From: Candidatus Saccharimonadales bacterium
GTDB taxonomy: Bacteria > Patescibacteriota > Saccharimonadia > Saccharimonadales > EFPC-124
DNA: 64,000 bases
Direction: 5' to 3'
Assembly (NCBI GenBank): GCA_035710125.1
Contig: DASTDY010000039.1
Coordinates: forward strand, 6,848-70,847
A program made the translations under genes and the position numbers. Each line of letters begins with the position of its first letter. Within the stretch, counting starts at the first letter, position 1. The notes beneath the pieces were generated by a model. It was given only the letters and a program-made list of their open reading frames with translations, searched no databases and was not told where the DNA came from. Of the stretch, positions 29,040 through 38,195 are shown piece after piece.

Positions 29040-29942
29040 CTACAAACTCTTAAGCACGGCCGATGGTATAAACGCCTCGGCCTGCTTTTTTGTAGCGATT
29101 TGTGTTGGCGCATGGTTGGCGTTTGTTAGTTCTGCAACCAAGTGGTATTCGGTAAAGATTTTCCTAAAACCAGCTTCTACACGGGCGTTGTCTAAAAACC
29201 TATCGTGAGCGACCGAAATATGGAACACGGGCAGGGGTATTTTTACCAAAGTGTTATCAAGTGTCAGAATTTCGTTGCCTGTTTTCATGTAGGTTTGTGT
29301 GTCGTCATCTTGCCACAACTTGATCTCGAACGCCATATTTTGCAGGATTTCTTGCTGGCTTAACCCCTTAAACTTTTCTTTTGCATTAGGAGTTTTGTGG
29401 TAGGTGCTTCCAAGTACGTACGAATTTAAAAACACGCTTCGGTACAGCTTTGCAAGCACCGGCAGCGAAAATACACGCGAAGATACCGAGTACAGCGCCA
29501 AACGTTTTGGGGGCATGGTAAAATCCTTGCCGCTCGCAAAACCGAACAGGCTTACAAGTTTGTCTACCCTTTTTGTTAGGTCTGGGTGGCGTTGCAGCAT
29601 GCGCGTAATAATCGCAAAACCAAGGCTCATGCCAACAATAGTAATTTTTTTAGTTGGCGGATAGTGCTGGCGTATAAATTCGGCCAAGTAGTCAGCCAGG
29701 GTGTCGATCGTGGCTGATTTACCAATGGTATACACGCTGTCCATGCCGCCAAAGCCTGGCAAATCAGGCATAGTAACAGCGTAGTCATGGGCAAGGAGTT
29801 CCATCATGCCCCGCCACCGCTCTAAGCTAGAGTGGTGCCCGTATACAAAAAGCAGCTCTCTTGCTGTTGGTTTGGGTGGTGGAGTACGCAGCATTCTTCC
29901 GTGTAGGCCCCATAGCGTAAGCGGCGAAATATACTGTTCCAT
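29040..29942 (-). CDS. Alpha/beta hydrolase
   Basis: 300 aa. VGMSLGFAI nucleophile elbow. Backbone composition. Confidence 0.7.
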   Translation of the reverse strand: MEQYISPLTLWGLHGRMLRTPPPKPTARELLFVYGHHSSLERWRGMMELLAHDYAVTMPDLPGFGGMDSVYTIGKSATIDTLADYLAEFIRQHYPPTKKITIVGMSLGFAIITRMLQRHPDLTKRVDKLVSLFGFASGKDFTMPPKRLALYSVSSRVFSLPVLAKLYRSVFLNSYVLGSTYHKTPNAKEKFKGLSQQEILQNMAFEIKLWQDDDTQTYMKTGNEILTLDNTLVKIPLPVFHISVAHDRFLDNARVEAGFRKIFTEYHLVAELTNANHAPTQIATKKQAEAFIPSAVLKSL

Positions 29943-30017
29943 AGTTCAACTGTATGTCATAGCTGCAACAATGGCAATTTTTTACATGTTGCTCACGCTT
30001 TTTGTTATTATTACTAC

Positions 30018-30551
30018 ATGGCTCAAACCCAACCTAACGATCCGGCGCCAGTTTTTAGTAGGCGTCGCCGCATTATAAAAAGCTTAAAGGCGCAGGCCGA
30101 CTCACACCGCACCCCTGCAGAACGCTTTGCAGATTGGTTGACGAATTTTTTTGGATCTGTTGGCTTTTTGGTCATTAACGCATTGTGGTTCTTTTTGTGG
30201 ATTATCATAAACCTAGGGTTCTTGCCTGGCGTTGAGCCGTTCGATCCGTTCCCATTTGGCCTGCTTACCATGGTGGTATCGCTTGAGGCGATATTTTTAG
30301 CGATTATTGTGTTGATTTCGCAGAACCGAGCTGCGCGGATAGCCGACCTACGCGAAGAAATAGACCTTCAAATAAACACGATCGCCGAAGAAGAAGTAAC
30401 AAAGATGATCCAGCTGCAACTTAAATTGCTAGAAAAAAACGGGGTGATCCTAGAGCACGACCCAGATTTAGAGCGTATGCTGCGCCCACTGCAAAGTGCA
30501 GAAATAGAACGCGTAATCCAAAGCCAAATAAATAGTAAAAAGCATTTTTAA
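30018..30551 (+). CDS. DUF1003 family membrane protein
   Basis: 177 aa. ERFADWLTNFFGSVGFLVINALWFFLWIIIN and PFPFGLLTMVVSLEAIFLAIIVLISQNR. Confidence 0.7.
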   Translation: MAQTQPNDPAPVFSRRRRIIKSLKAQADSHRTPAERFADWLTNFFGSVGFLVINALWFFLWIIINLGFLPGVEPFDPFPFGLLTMVVSLEAIFLAIIVLISQNRAARIADLREEIDLQINTIAEEEVTKMIQLQLKLLEKNGVILEHDPDLERMLRPLQSAEIERVIQSQINSKKHF

Positions 30552-30584
30552 CTATTGTGCCCTTAAGGTAATGTTGTCATAATT

Positions 30585-31733
30585 ATGAGCATAATGAGAG
30601 TAAAAGTAGACATCGACACCAGAACTTTTGTTCGCCTATTGTTAGTGGTCACAGGGTTTAGCCTTGCTATTTTTATGGTCTGGAAGCTCTCTACCGCGCT
30701 TACTATCCTTGGTATATCGGCATTCTTGGCGCTGGCGCTCAACCCGCCTGTGAGCGCAATCGCCAATCGCCTACCTGGCCACAGCCGTGTCTTGGCGACA
30801 GCGCTCTCTTATCTGTTTGTGTTGGCGATAGTTGGAGTGTTTATTTATATTGCTTTGCCGCCAATAGTAAACGAAACCAGCAAATTTATTAGTGCGCTGC
30901 CGCAGCATGTAGAACAACTTAGTTCGCGTCAGGGCGTGGTCGCTGACTTAGTTAACCGGTATAATCTGCAAGACCAGCTTAGCAGGCTTGTGGAGGGTGC
31001 GCAGCAGCAAGCGTCTGGATTAGCCCAAGGAGTCGGCAGTTCTGTTGTAAACGGTGTGTCATCTATCCTAACCGGTTTTGTCACGCTTATTACAGTGCTT
31101 GTACTTACATTTTTGATGCTTATAGAAGGCCCTCGCTGGATTGAACGCCTGTGGAGTCTCTACCGTGACCCAAAGAAACTCCTGCGCCACCAAAAACTGT
31201 CAATTAAAATGTACCGCGTTGTTACCAGTTATGTGAACGGCCAGGTGCTTGTCGCGAGCATTGCTGCCGCGGCTGGCTTGGCTACCCTACTCGTTTTGGT
31301 CTTTTTGTTCCCGAATATTGGCATGGGAGTGGTTATTCCGCTCACCGGAATCATCTTTATAACAGACCTTATCCCTATGGTAGGTGCAACAATTGGCGCT
31401 GTTATGGTTATTTTGGCGCTGGCTTTAAGTGACCTTGGCGCAGCGCTAGCCTTTACTGTGTACTTTATTGTTTACCAGCAGGTAGAGAACAACTTTATTC
31501 AACCACTTGTGCAGTCACGAACAGTGGCGCTGAGCGCACTGTCTATCTTTGTGGCCATTATTGTGGGCATTAGCTTGCTTGGCATTATTGGCGGTATTGT
31601 TGCTATTCCGATTGCTGGTTGTCTGCGTGTATTTTTAATTGACCACATGGAACATCGACGGATGCCAAAAGAACCAACCGAAAAGCTTGGTACTTGGCGC
31701 AAGCTAGTGGCTAAGGCTACCGCCAACGATTAG
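30585..31733 (+). CDS. AI-2E family transporter (PerM/YhhT-like)
   Basis: 382 aa, about 8 TM helices. IPMVGATIGAVMV and FIQPLVQSR segments. Confidence 0.75.
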   Translation: MSIMRVKVDIDTRTFVRLLLVVTGFSLAIFMVWKLSTALTILGISAFLALALNPPVSAIANRLPGHSRVLATALSYLFVLAIVGVFIYIALPPIVNETSKFISALPQHVEQLSSRQGVVADLVNRYNLQDQLSRLVEGAQQQASGLAQGVGSSVVNGVSSILTGFVTLITVLVLTFLMLIEGPRWIERLWSLYRDPKKLLRHQKLSIKMYRVVTSYVNGQVLVASIAAAAGLATLLVLVFLFPNIGMGVVIPLTGIIFITDLIPMVGATIGAVMVILALALSDLGAALAFTVYFIVYQQVENNFIQPLVQSRTVALSALSIFVAIIVGISLLGIIGGIVAIPIAGCLRVFLIDHMEHRRMPKEPTEKLGTWRKLVAKATAND

Positions 31734-33130
31734 CGCCGTTGCCAAATACTGCCTAGCGGCGTGTCGCGTAGCTCTATATTTTGGGCGGCTAATTCTTGGC
31801 GGTATGTGTCGGCATGTTCAAAATCTTTTGCGCCGCGGGCTTGTTCGCGCTTTGCAATGAGTTCTTTTTGCTCGGCTGTTATATCGGTGCTGCCTGCGAG
31901 CTGCAAGCCAAAAATGCGGTCTAAAAATGCAAGGAAACCGTCGAACGCCTGTTTTGCATCTGGGGCAACCAGATATGTTTCTGCCGAATCCACAAGGCCA
32001 CTGAGTGCGGCAAAAGCCTCTGGCGTGCGTAGGTCATTTTGTAATTCAGTTAACATAGCGGCTTGCACATCTGAAAAGTCATTAGCAGCAAGCTGGGCAC
32101 CTTCTTTTAATTGGAACCTAAGGTCGGCAAAGGCTTGTAGTGCGAGTCTGCGCTTATGTGCCGCCTGGAGTGCGTCCCGCGAGAAATTGGCGCTTGAGCG
32201 GTAGTGGCTTTGCAAAAAGAGCAGCCTAAGGTCGAGTGGTGAGAATCCTTGTTTTGAAAGGTCGTGCGGCGTAATGCCATTACCGTCGCTTTTGGCAATT
32301 TTAGCGCCATCAATCATAATGTGGTTGCTATGCAGCCAATAGTTAGCAAATGGCACTCCTGTTGCGGCTTCTGATTGTGCAATTTCGTTTACGTGGTGGA
32401 CGGGCAGGTGGTCTATGCCGCCGGCGTGGATATCGAGCGTACTGCCCAAATATTCCATGCTCATTGCTGAGCATTCAATATGCCAACCTGGGAATCCTTT
32501 ACCCCAGGGACTGTCCCATTCCATATCGCGTTTCTGGCCCTTTGGTGTGAATTTCCATAACGCAAAATCCCACGGGCTGCGCTTTTGTGGGTTCACCCCT
32601 ACCCTTGCGCCAGCTTGCAGTGAGTCTAGCTTGAGCTTAGCTAGTTCACCGTACGCTGGGAATGTGGCGGTGTCAAAATATACTCCGTCATCAATAATAT
32701 ATGTGTGTCCTCTTTTTTCTAGGGCTTGGACCAGTTTTATTTGCTGTGGAATATGCTGCGTTGCTCGAGGCGTGTGCGTTGGCTGTTGTACATGCAAGTC
32801 ATGTAAGTTGCGGAAAAAATCTTTTGTGTAAAACTCGGCAATATCCCAGGCTGTTTTGCCTTCGCGGTTTGCGCCCTTTTGTAGTTTGTCTTCGCCTTCG
32901 TCGACATCGCCGGTAAGGTGGCCGACATCTGTTATATTCATTACCCAGTCTACTGTGTAGCCACTCTCTTTAAGCACCCTAACCAAAAGGTCCCAGCGAA
33001 TGTAGGTAGCGTAGTTGCCAATGTGTTGGTAGTCGTACACTGTTGGGCCACACGTATACAAACCAACCCTATTCTCGTCTTGCGGGGTAAAATGCTCCAA
33101 CCTGCGGGTTTTGGTGTTGTACAGCTGCAT
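31730..33130 (-). CDS. cysS: Cysteine--tRNA ligase
   Basis: Start at the ATG at 33130 (MQLYNTKTRRLEHF). HIGN (HIGH) and KIAKS (KMSKS) motifs. 4-bp convergent overlap with the transporter gene. Confidence 0.9.
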   Translation of the reverse strand: MQLYNTKTRRLEHFTPQDENRVGLYTCGPTVYDYQHIGNYATYIRWDLLVRVLKESGYTVDWVMNITDVGHLTGDVDEGEDKLQKGANREGKTAWDIAEFYTKDFFRNLHDLHVQQPTHTPRATQHIPQQIKLVQALEKRGHTYIIDDGVYFDTATFPAYGELAKLKLDSLQAGARVGVNPQKRSPWDFALWKFTPKGQKRDMEWDSPWGKGFPGWHIECSAMSMEYLGSTLDIHAGGIDHLPVHHVNEIAQSEAATGVPFANYWLHSNHIMIDGAKIAKSDGNGITPHDLSKQGFSPLDLRLLFLQSHYRSSANFSRDALQAAHKRRLALQAFADLRFQLKEGAQLAANDFSDVQAAMLTELQNDLRTPEAFAALSGLVDSAETYLVAPDAKQAFDGFLAFLDRIFGLQLAGSTDITAEQKELIAKREQARGAKDFEHADTYRQELAAQNIELRDTPLGSIWQRR

Positions 33131-33143
33131 GGCTCCAGGTCCT

Positions 33144-34166
33144 TTATGGTTTTTTTGATTGGGTAGCGTCGTAATCTTGCAGCGCTTTGCTAACGGCGCC
33201 AACGAGCTCGACTTTAACATGTTCTAGGGTGTCGCCAAAAATTTTAAATCCGGCTGCGTATGGGTGACCGCCGCCGCCAAAATAGGCAGCCACGGTTTCG
33301 GCAATTTTAGCATCGGGGTTGGCGCGGAGTTTACCAGTTATTTTGCCATCGGGATAGGTTTTGATTGCAATTGCCAGGCGCACGCCCTCTACCAAGCGCA
33401 TTTCGTCGAGCACCAAGACAGACGGGTTGTACTGGTTGCTAAAATCATGGATTTCGTCCCATGGAATATGCACCAAAGCCAATGCGCCATCTGCATAATA
33501 TTCGATCCGCTGTAGTAGCCGGCCTTTGTAAGCTAGGATCTCGGCTGACTTTTTCATGAATTCGCGGCGGCGGTTTTCTATGTCGCTTAGCTTTGCGCCG
33601 CCTTCTATTAATCCAGCGACCGCGCGGACGCTCTGTGCTGACGTTGCTTCGGTAATAAGCCCAAGCGAATCGGCTAAAATAGATAGGGCTAGGTTTTCGC
33701 AGGCATCAGCCGGAAGTGGCCAGTCGAGCTCTTTCGCCATGTAATAAATGAGCTCACCCGTGGCAACAGCTTTTGGGTTGTTAATGCTAACGTGGTCGAA
33801 CTGCAAGTCGCCGACCGTGGCGTGGTGGTCGAGCACTATAACAGGGTTCGCGGTGATACGCGCGAGGTTCTCGGGCGCGAGCGCTCGCTCTAGTAGGGCA
33901 GAGCTTGCGGTGTCAACAATAACGGTAAGGTCTGCGTCTTTAGGGAATTCATCTTGTACTCGGTCCCAGCCGCGGGCATAACGTAAATATTTTGGGATCT
34001 CGATTGCGCAGTAAAGCGTTACTTTTTTACCAAGTTCAGAAAAGACCGCCTCAAGCGCTAGCGAGCTGCCTAGGCTATCGCCATCTGGATTTTCGGCCTG
34101 CACAACCACTATGTGTGAGGCCGCCTGAATATGTGTGTTGGCCTCTTTATATAATTTTGTTAGCAT
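33144..34166 (-). CDS. DHH/DHHA1 phosphoesterase (NrnA-like oligoribonuclease/pAp phosphatase)
   Basis: 340 aa. NPDGDSLGSSLAL, VLDHH and GGGGHPYAAG motifs. Confidence 0.8.
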   Translation of the reverse strand: MLTKLYKEANTHIQAASHIVVVQAENPDGDSLGSSLALEAVFSELGKKVTLYCAIEIPKYLRYARGWDRVQDEFPKDADLTVIVDTASSALLERALAPENLARITANPVIVLDHHATVGDLQFDHVSINNPKAVATGELIYYMAKELDWPLPADACENLALSILADSLGLITEATSAQSVRAVAGLIEGGAKLSDIENRRREFMKKSAEILAYKGRLLQRIEYYADGALALVHIPWDEIHDFSNQYNPSVLVLDEMRLVEGVRLAIAIKTYPDGKITGKLRANPDAKIAETVAAYFGGGGHPYAAGFKIFGDTLEHVKVELVGAVSKALQDYDATQSKKP

Positions 34167-34200
34167 ATGGCTCCTATTTTAACAGATTTTGCAGTACATG

Positions 34201-34239
34201 TCCGTCAGATGCACCAGGCGGCGTGGTGCATCTGACGGA
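34201..34239 (-). terminator. Perfect 16-bp hairpin 3' of the lipoprotein cassette
   Basis: TCCGTCAGATGCACCA (34201-34216) pairs with TGGTGCATCTGACGGA (34224-34239). It starts about 10 nt after the stop at 34250. No U tract after it on the - strand. Confidence 0.55.
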
Positions 34240-34249
34240 ACAAAAAGAG

Positions 34250-34963
34250 TTACGAGCTTGGCTGCTTGCAAGCTCCTGGAAGGCTCGCATCGGCCGGGCG
34301 TGAACAGACCCAGCTCGATTGGCCGGCGCTACGCGGTACTTCAGCGTCCCACGACTCGCCACCCTTGACGCAGATCACCTTGGCCGTGTAGGGCACTGCC
34401 GTGCTGAACAGTGAAAACACGTAGGTGTTGGCCGCATCTGCCGACTTCTCTGCCGAGCCCGCCTGGTTCACCTCTGGCTGCACGAACACTTGGTCTACCT
34501 GCGCGCCGTCGTCGCAGACGGCGACGATCTTGAGCTTCTTGTCGCCCTGCTTGCAGGAGCCACGGTCACCGGTGACGGCCGGGGGTTCGCACACAAGGTC
34601 TGCGTTGTCACCCCAGGCCTTAGCCTCCGAGCGGTTGGTCGTCAGCCAGTTGGAAGATTCGGTAGAGTCCGAATCTTTGTCTTTCGCGCCACAGCCAACG
34701 TTCACTTCGAACGATGTCTGCGGTGACGGCAGCTCAACAGCAAAGAAGCCGGCGTTCTTGACCTGTGCTTCACGGGGCTGTGTGCGCCGCGCCTCCTTGT
34801 CGGCGTCTCCGGCCTTGACTTGCGCTCCGACCACATCCGACCCATCAGCACACAGCACGCTGAAATTCAGCGTTTCGCCGGGGTGTGGCTGCTGTTCGGG
34901 GGAGGCTGTGCCGGAGCATGCTGCAACCAACAGCACGGCTGCCGCTGCAATGCCAATCTTCAA
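34250..34963 (-). CDS. Cys-rich lipoprotein with internal tandem duplication (GC-rich cassette)
   Basis: 237 aa with a TTG start 6 nt after AAGGAG. Lipobox LLVAAC. Two repeat units are visible by eye: LNFSVLCADG...LVCEPPAVTGDRGSCKQ and LKIVAVCDDG...WVCSRPADASLPGACKQ. Confidence 0.7.
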   Translation of the reverse strand: MKIGIAAAAVLLVAACSGTASPEQQPHPGETLNFSVLCADGSDVVGAQVKAGDADKEARRTQPREAQVKNAGFFAVELPSPQTSFEVNVGCGAKDKDSDSTESSNWLTTNRSEAKAWGDNADLVCEPPAVTGDRGSCKQGDKKLKIVAVCDDGAQVDQVFVQPEVNQAGSAEKSADAANTYVFSLFSTAVPYTAKVICVKGGESWDAEVPRSAGQSSWVCSRPADASLPGACKQPSS

Positions 34964-35032
34964 GAGATTCTCCTTACCCTTTGCTCCAGATGAAGCACTT
35001 TATAGCATAGGCTAATAAACGACGTAAAGCAA

Positions 35033-35641
35033 TTATATTTTTTGGCGGCCTTCGAGCGCGTGGCTTAGGGTGATTTGGTCGGCGTATTCAAGGTCTACCC
35101 CTACCGGTAAGCCGCGGGCAAGGCGTGTTATACGTACATCTTCAAACTGGCTGGTCTGTTTTTGTAGGTACAGCGCGGTGGATTCGCCCTCTACGCTTGC
35201 ATTTGTTGCAAGGATTATTTCTTTTACGCTATCGCGCGGGATTCGTTCTAGTAATTCGGCTATGTGAAGTTGGTCGGGGCTTATGCCGTCTATGGGCGAA
35301 ATAACGCCGCCTAGCACATGATATGTGCCTTTAAATTGGTTGGTTCGCTCTAGGGCAACGACATCGAGAGGTTCTTCTACGACTGCGACTACTGTTTTGT
35401 CGCGGGCAGGGTCGCTGTATAGTGGCGATACTTCTTGGTCTGGTTCGATCAGCGCAAATGTCACCGGACAATGCTTAACGCCAGCGTGTAATTTTGCAAG
35501 CGCATCGGCAATCCTGCCTGCGACACCAGGGTCGCGGCGAAGGAGGTCGTAGGCGTAGCGTTCGGCGGTGCGGGGGCCAACTCCAGGCAGTGTGCCAAGT
35601 TCGTCTATGACATGTAGTAATGCTTTTGGCAGAATAGACAC
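35033..35641 (-). CDS. recR: Recombination protein RecR
   Basis: 202 aa. HhH N-terminus (LGTLPGVGPRTAERYA), Toprim region, C-terminal DLEYADQ. The zinc-finger region has only one Cys. Confidence 0.9.
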   Translation of the reverse strand: MSILPKALLHVIDELGTLPGVGPRTAERYAYDLLRRDPGVAGRIADALAKLHAGVKHCPVTFALIEPDQEVSPLYSDPARDKTVVAVVEEPLDVVALERTNQFKGTYHVLGGVISPIDGISPDQLHIAELLERIPRDSVKEIILATNASVEGESTALYLQKQTSQFEDVRITRLARGLPVGVDLEYADQITLSHALEGRQKI

Positions 35642-35648
35642 GGGCTTG

Positions 35649-35936
35649 CTACAGGCCTAAGTTGCCAAGGCCGCCCATGAGTGGCTTCATTTTTTCGGCG
35701 GCGACTTGCTGCGACCTAGCGATGGCTTCTTTTACAGCCGTTTCGATCCAGCGCTCGAGTTCGCGGATGTCGTCTAGGTCTACCTGCTCTGGATTAATGC
35801 TGATATTCTTTATTTTTTGCTCGCCGGTTATTTTTACCACAACAGCGCCATCGCCGGCTTCTACTTCTATAATTTCATTTGCAAGCTCTTTTTGAGCTTT
35901 TTTAATCTTCATAATCATTTTGGCTTGGTTAAACAT
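35649..35936 (-). CDS. ybaB: YbaB/EbfC nucleoid-associated protein
   Basis: 95 aa. Typical MMKIKKAQKEL...GGLGNLGL layout. Immediately upstream of recR. Confidence 0.85.
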   Translation of the reverse strand: MFNQAKMIMKIKKAQKELANEIIEVEAGDGAVVVKITGEQKIKNISINPEQVDLDDIRELERWIETAVKEAIARSQQVAAEKMKPLMGGLGNLGL

Positions 35937-35974
35937 GAGAAATCCTTATTTTTTACTATTATAACAGATTGAAT

Positions 35975-37441
35975 CTACCGTTGGTAGACGGCAAAACGTA
36001 GTGCGCTGTCTTTTCTGTCCGAAACTAACAGGCTCGATGGCGGCATTTTTTGCAATTGGGGTACGCTGCCAATGTGCGGGGCTTGTACATACCACGTCCC
36101 AACACGATCGGTAGCGTTGCTAGCTGTAGCAACGACTGTTTGGGGTCTGCGCGACGCCATTACTGTGTATAGTGGTACATCGGACTCGCCTACCACAATG
36201 GTGGCTGGCCCTGGCGGGAGCTCGCTTATCTTTTTCTGCACAATAAAGGCATCAGGCACAAACACTGCGCCAGCCTGAGGGCTGTACGCCATGCCAAAAA
36301 CATAGCGCTGGTAGTTGACCTGCACAATTCCCAGCACCAATACTGCCAGTGGCAGCAATCCAAAAAGCCTGGCATAAGGGTTGCGAGGGAACAGACGGTA
36401 CCAGTAACGGATAATTTGGTTCAGGCCGATGGTTACTACGAGTGTTGCTGGTACTAACATAACTGCAAGGTGGCCAGGGTTGAGACCAACAACTGGCAGC
36501 AATAACGCCGCCCAAATAAGCAGCAGGTGTGCACGGACGGAGTGAAAGTCGCGTAGTAACCGCGCTCCGCCCATTAATAAAAGTGCAACGCTCACAACGC
36601 TAAGAGCTGGTGTGATGGTTTCTGTGGTACCTATGTTATATGGGTTTAGGAGTGCGCTAGCGGCCTTAAAGAAATCGTGCAAAAACTGAAGCGGATCTGG
36701 CAGCGTTGCCGGTACGGCAAGAAGCTCACGTATAAGTGATGGATTGTTATACACTCCCCAGCCGAGCGGCACCAAAAGCAGTATAAAGAAAAATCCGCCA
36801 ATAAAAAGGTTAATTTGGTTATTATCGCGTAATAAAAACCGCAAATGTGGCTGCGAGAGGCTGGCGAGCGCAGCCGCAGCAAACAAGTATGCCATATATG
36901 GGGTGTAGAGCGAAAGCGCCGCAGCCATTGCAAACACCACCCGCCACCATTTCCAGTTTTTTGTCTGTTGCGATACGTACGTTGCAGTCAGGAGTAGTAC
37001 GCTCGTCCAAAAAGGGATCATAACTGCAACGCTTCCTAGCCTTGCGGTGCCCAAGAACCAACTCGATGTGACAAAAATAATACTACCAAGCAATGCCACG
37101 CTAGGCGTAAACCACCGACGCAACAGGAGGGCTATGCAAAGCGCGGTAAGTATGCCGAAAATAATAGACGGCAACCGTACTCCAAGGGGCGTTACGCCAA
37201 ACCACTCGACACTTAGTTTTTGCAAGGCGTGATACGGGAGGTCGATGCTGTCTTTGGGCAGCTGGGTAAAGCTGACTGAGCTAGATGCAACAACTGTTTG
37301 TTGCTCGCTTGGGCCTAATCCTGGCGGCAGTGATTCATTAAAGAGTAGTAGCAGCGCACCCGCAAGTACAGCTAGCACAGCATACGCAATAACGAAACGC
37401 AGGCGATATAAAGACCACTCTGTAATTGGACGTATATTCAT
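35975..37441 (-). CDS. GT-C fold membrane glycosyltransferase (GT39/ArnT/PMT-like)
   Basis: Start at the ATG at 37441 (MNIRPITEW...). About 11-12 TM helices followed by a soluble C-terminal domain. Confidence 0.5.
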   Translation of the reverse strand: MNIRPITEWSLYRLRFVIAYAVLAVLAGALLLLFNESLPPGLGPSEQQTVVASSSVSFTQLPKDSIDLPYHALQKLSVEWFGVTPLGVRLPSIIFGILTALCIALLLRRWFTPSVALLGSIIFVTSSWFLGTARLGSVAVMIPFWTSVLLLTATYVSQQTKNWKWWRVVFAMAAALSLYTPYMAYLFAAAALASLSQPHLRFLLRDNNQINLFIGGFFFILLLVPLGWGVYNNPSLIRELLAVPATLPDPLQFLHDFFKAASALLNPYNIGTTETITPALSVVSVALLLMGGARLLRDFHSVRAHLLLIWAALLLPVVGLNPGHLAVMLVPATLVVTIGLNQIIRYWYRLFPRNPYARLFGLLPLAVLVLGIVQVNYQRYVFGMAYSPQAGAVFVPDAFIVQKKISELPPGPATIVVGESDVPLYTVMASRRPQTVVATASNATDRVGTWYVQAPHIGSVPQLQKMPPSSLLVSDRKDSALRFAVYQR

Positions 37442-37500
37442 GATAATTCTTATGTAAAGTATACAGCAGTTTGACAAAAATGGCGCAAAAAAGCGGGTGC

Positions 37501-37530
37501 TCCGCAACGCCTGAACGCAGGCGTTGCGGA
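37501..37530 (-). terminator. Perfect 13-bp hairpin 3' of the 37539-38150 cassette
   Basis: TCCGCAACGCCTG (37501-37513) pairs with CAGGCGTTGCGGA (37518-37530), 4-nt loop, no U tract. Confidence 0.55.
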
Positions 37531-37538
37531 GCGCGCGA

Positions 37539-38150
37539 CTAGCCGACCTCGGTTTCAGCGGAAAGCTTGCGGTCCAGCCAGCTCACAAAGACCTCCCAAG
37601 GTGCCGACTGCCACACCTCTGGACCGATGTGTGCCCTTGCCAGCTTGGCCGTCAGGCCGGTGGGCTCAGGCGAAACCAACCTCTCCAGGTGAACCAGTCC
37701 CTCCTGAAGCGCCCCATGCAGCTCATGGGTGAGTGGCTGCTCGGTTTCCGTCAGTTGGCGCGTTGCGCGCAGGACGCGCAGCAGAAGAATCGCCCCGGTA
37801 CCGTCAACGGGCATCTCGATACCTGCCTGGTCGCAAAGCTTGTTCAGCAGGTCCTGGGCTTCAACGATCGCCCGCTGGAACGCCCAGCTCCGGAGGTTGT
37901 GGAGATGGGTCTGCCGGCGCTTGGCCTCGTAGACAGCCGGCAAAGGGATGGTGGCGGCCATGTGGTCGACTACCTGCACGACCATGTCGTAGTACTTCAT
38001 CGAGAACCGCGGCCGCAGTGGGAGTGAGGGGCCCTCATAGGAGAGCATGAGCTCCACAGCCCCATGCAACATAGTGTCGTCGGGCATCTCTTGGCACCCA
38101 TCGAGCACCTCGTACGGCCACTGGTCCAAAAACAGTCCGTCCAAAACCAA
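37539..38150 (-). CDS. Hypothetical protein (GC-rich cassette)
   Basis: 203 aa with a TTG start after AGAAGG. No motif recognised. Wedged between dnaB and the GT-C gene. Confidence 0.5.
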   Translation of the reverse strand: MVLDGLFLDQWPYEVLDGCQEMPDDTMLHGAVELMLSYEGPSLPLRPRFSMKYYDMVVQVVDHMAATIPLPAVYEAKRRQTHLHNLRSWAFQRAIVEAQDLLNKLCDQAGIEMPVDGTGAILLLRVLRATRQLTETEQPLTHELHGALQEGLVHLERLVSPEPTGLTAKLARAHIGPEVWQSAPWEVFVSWLDRKLSAETEVG

Positions 38151-38195
38151 ACACCTTCTTGTCTCGGTTGGTGTTGCCTAAAAATTATATCACTT

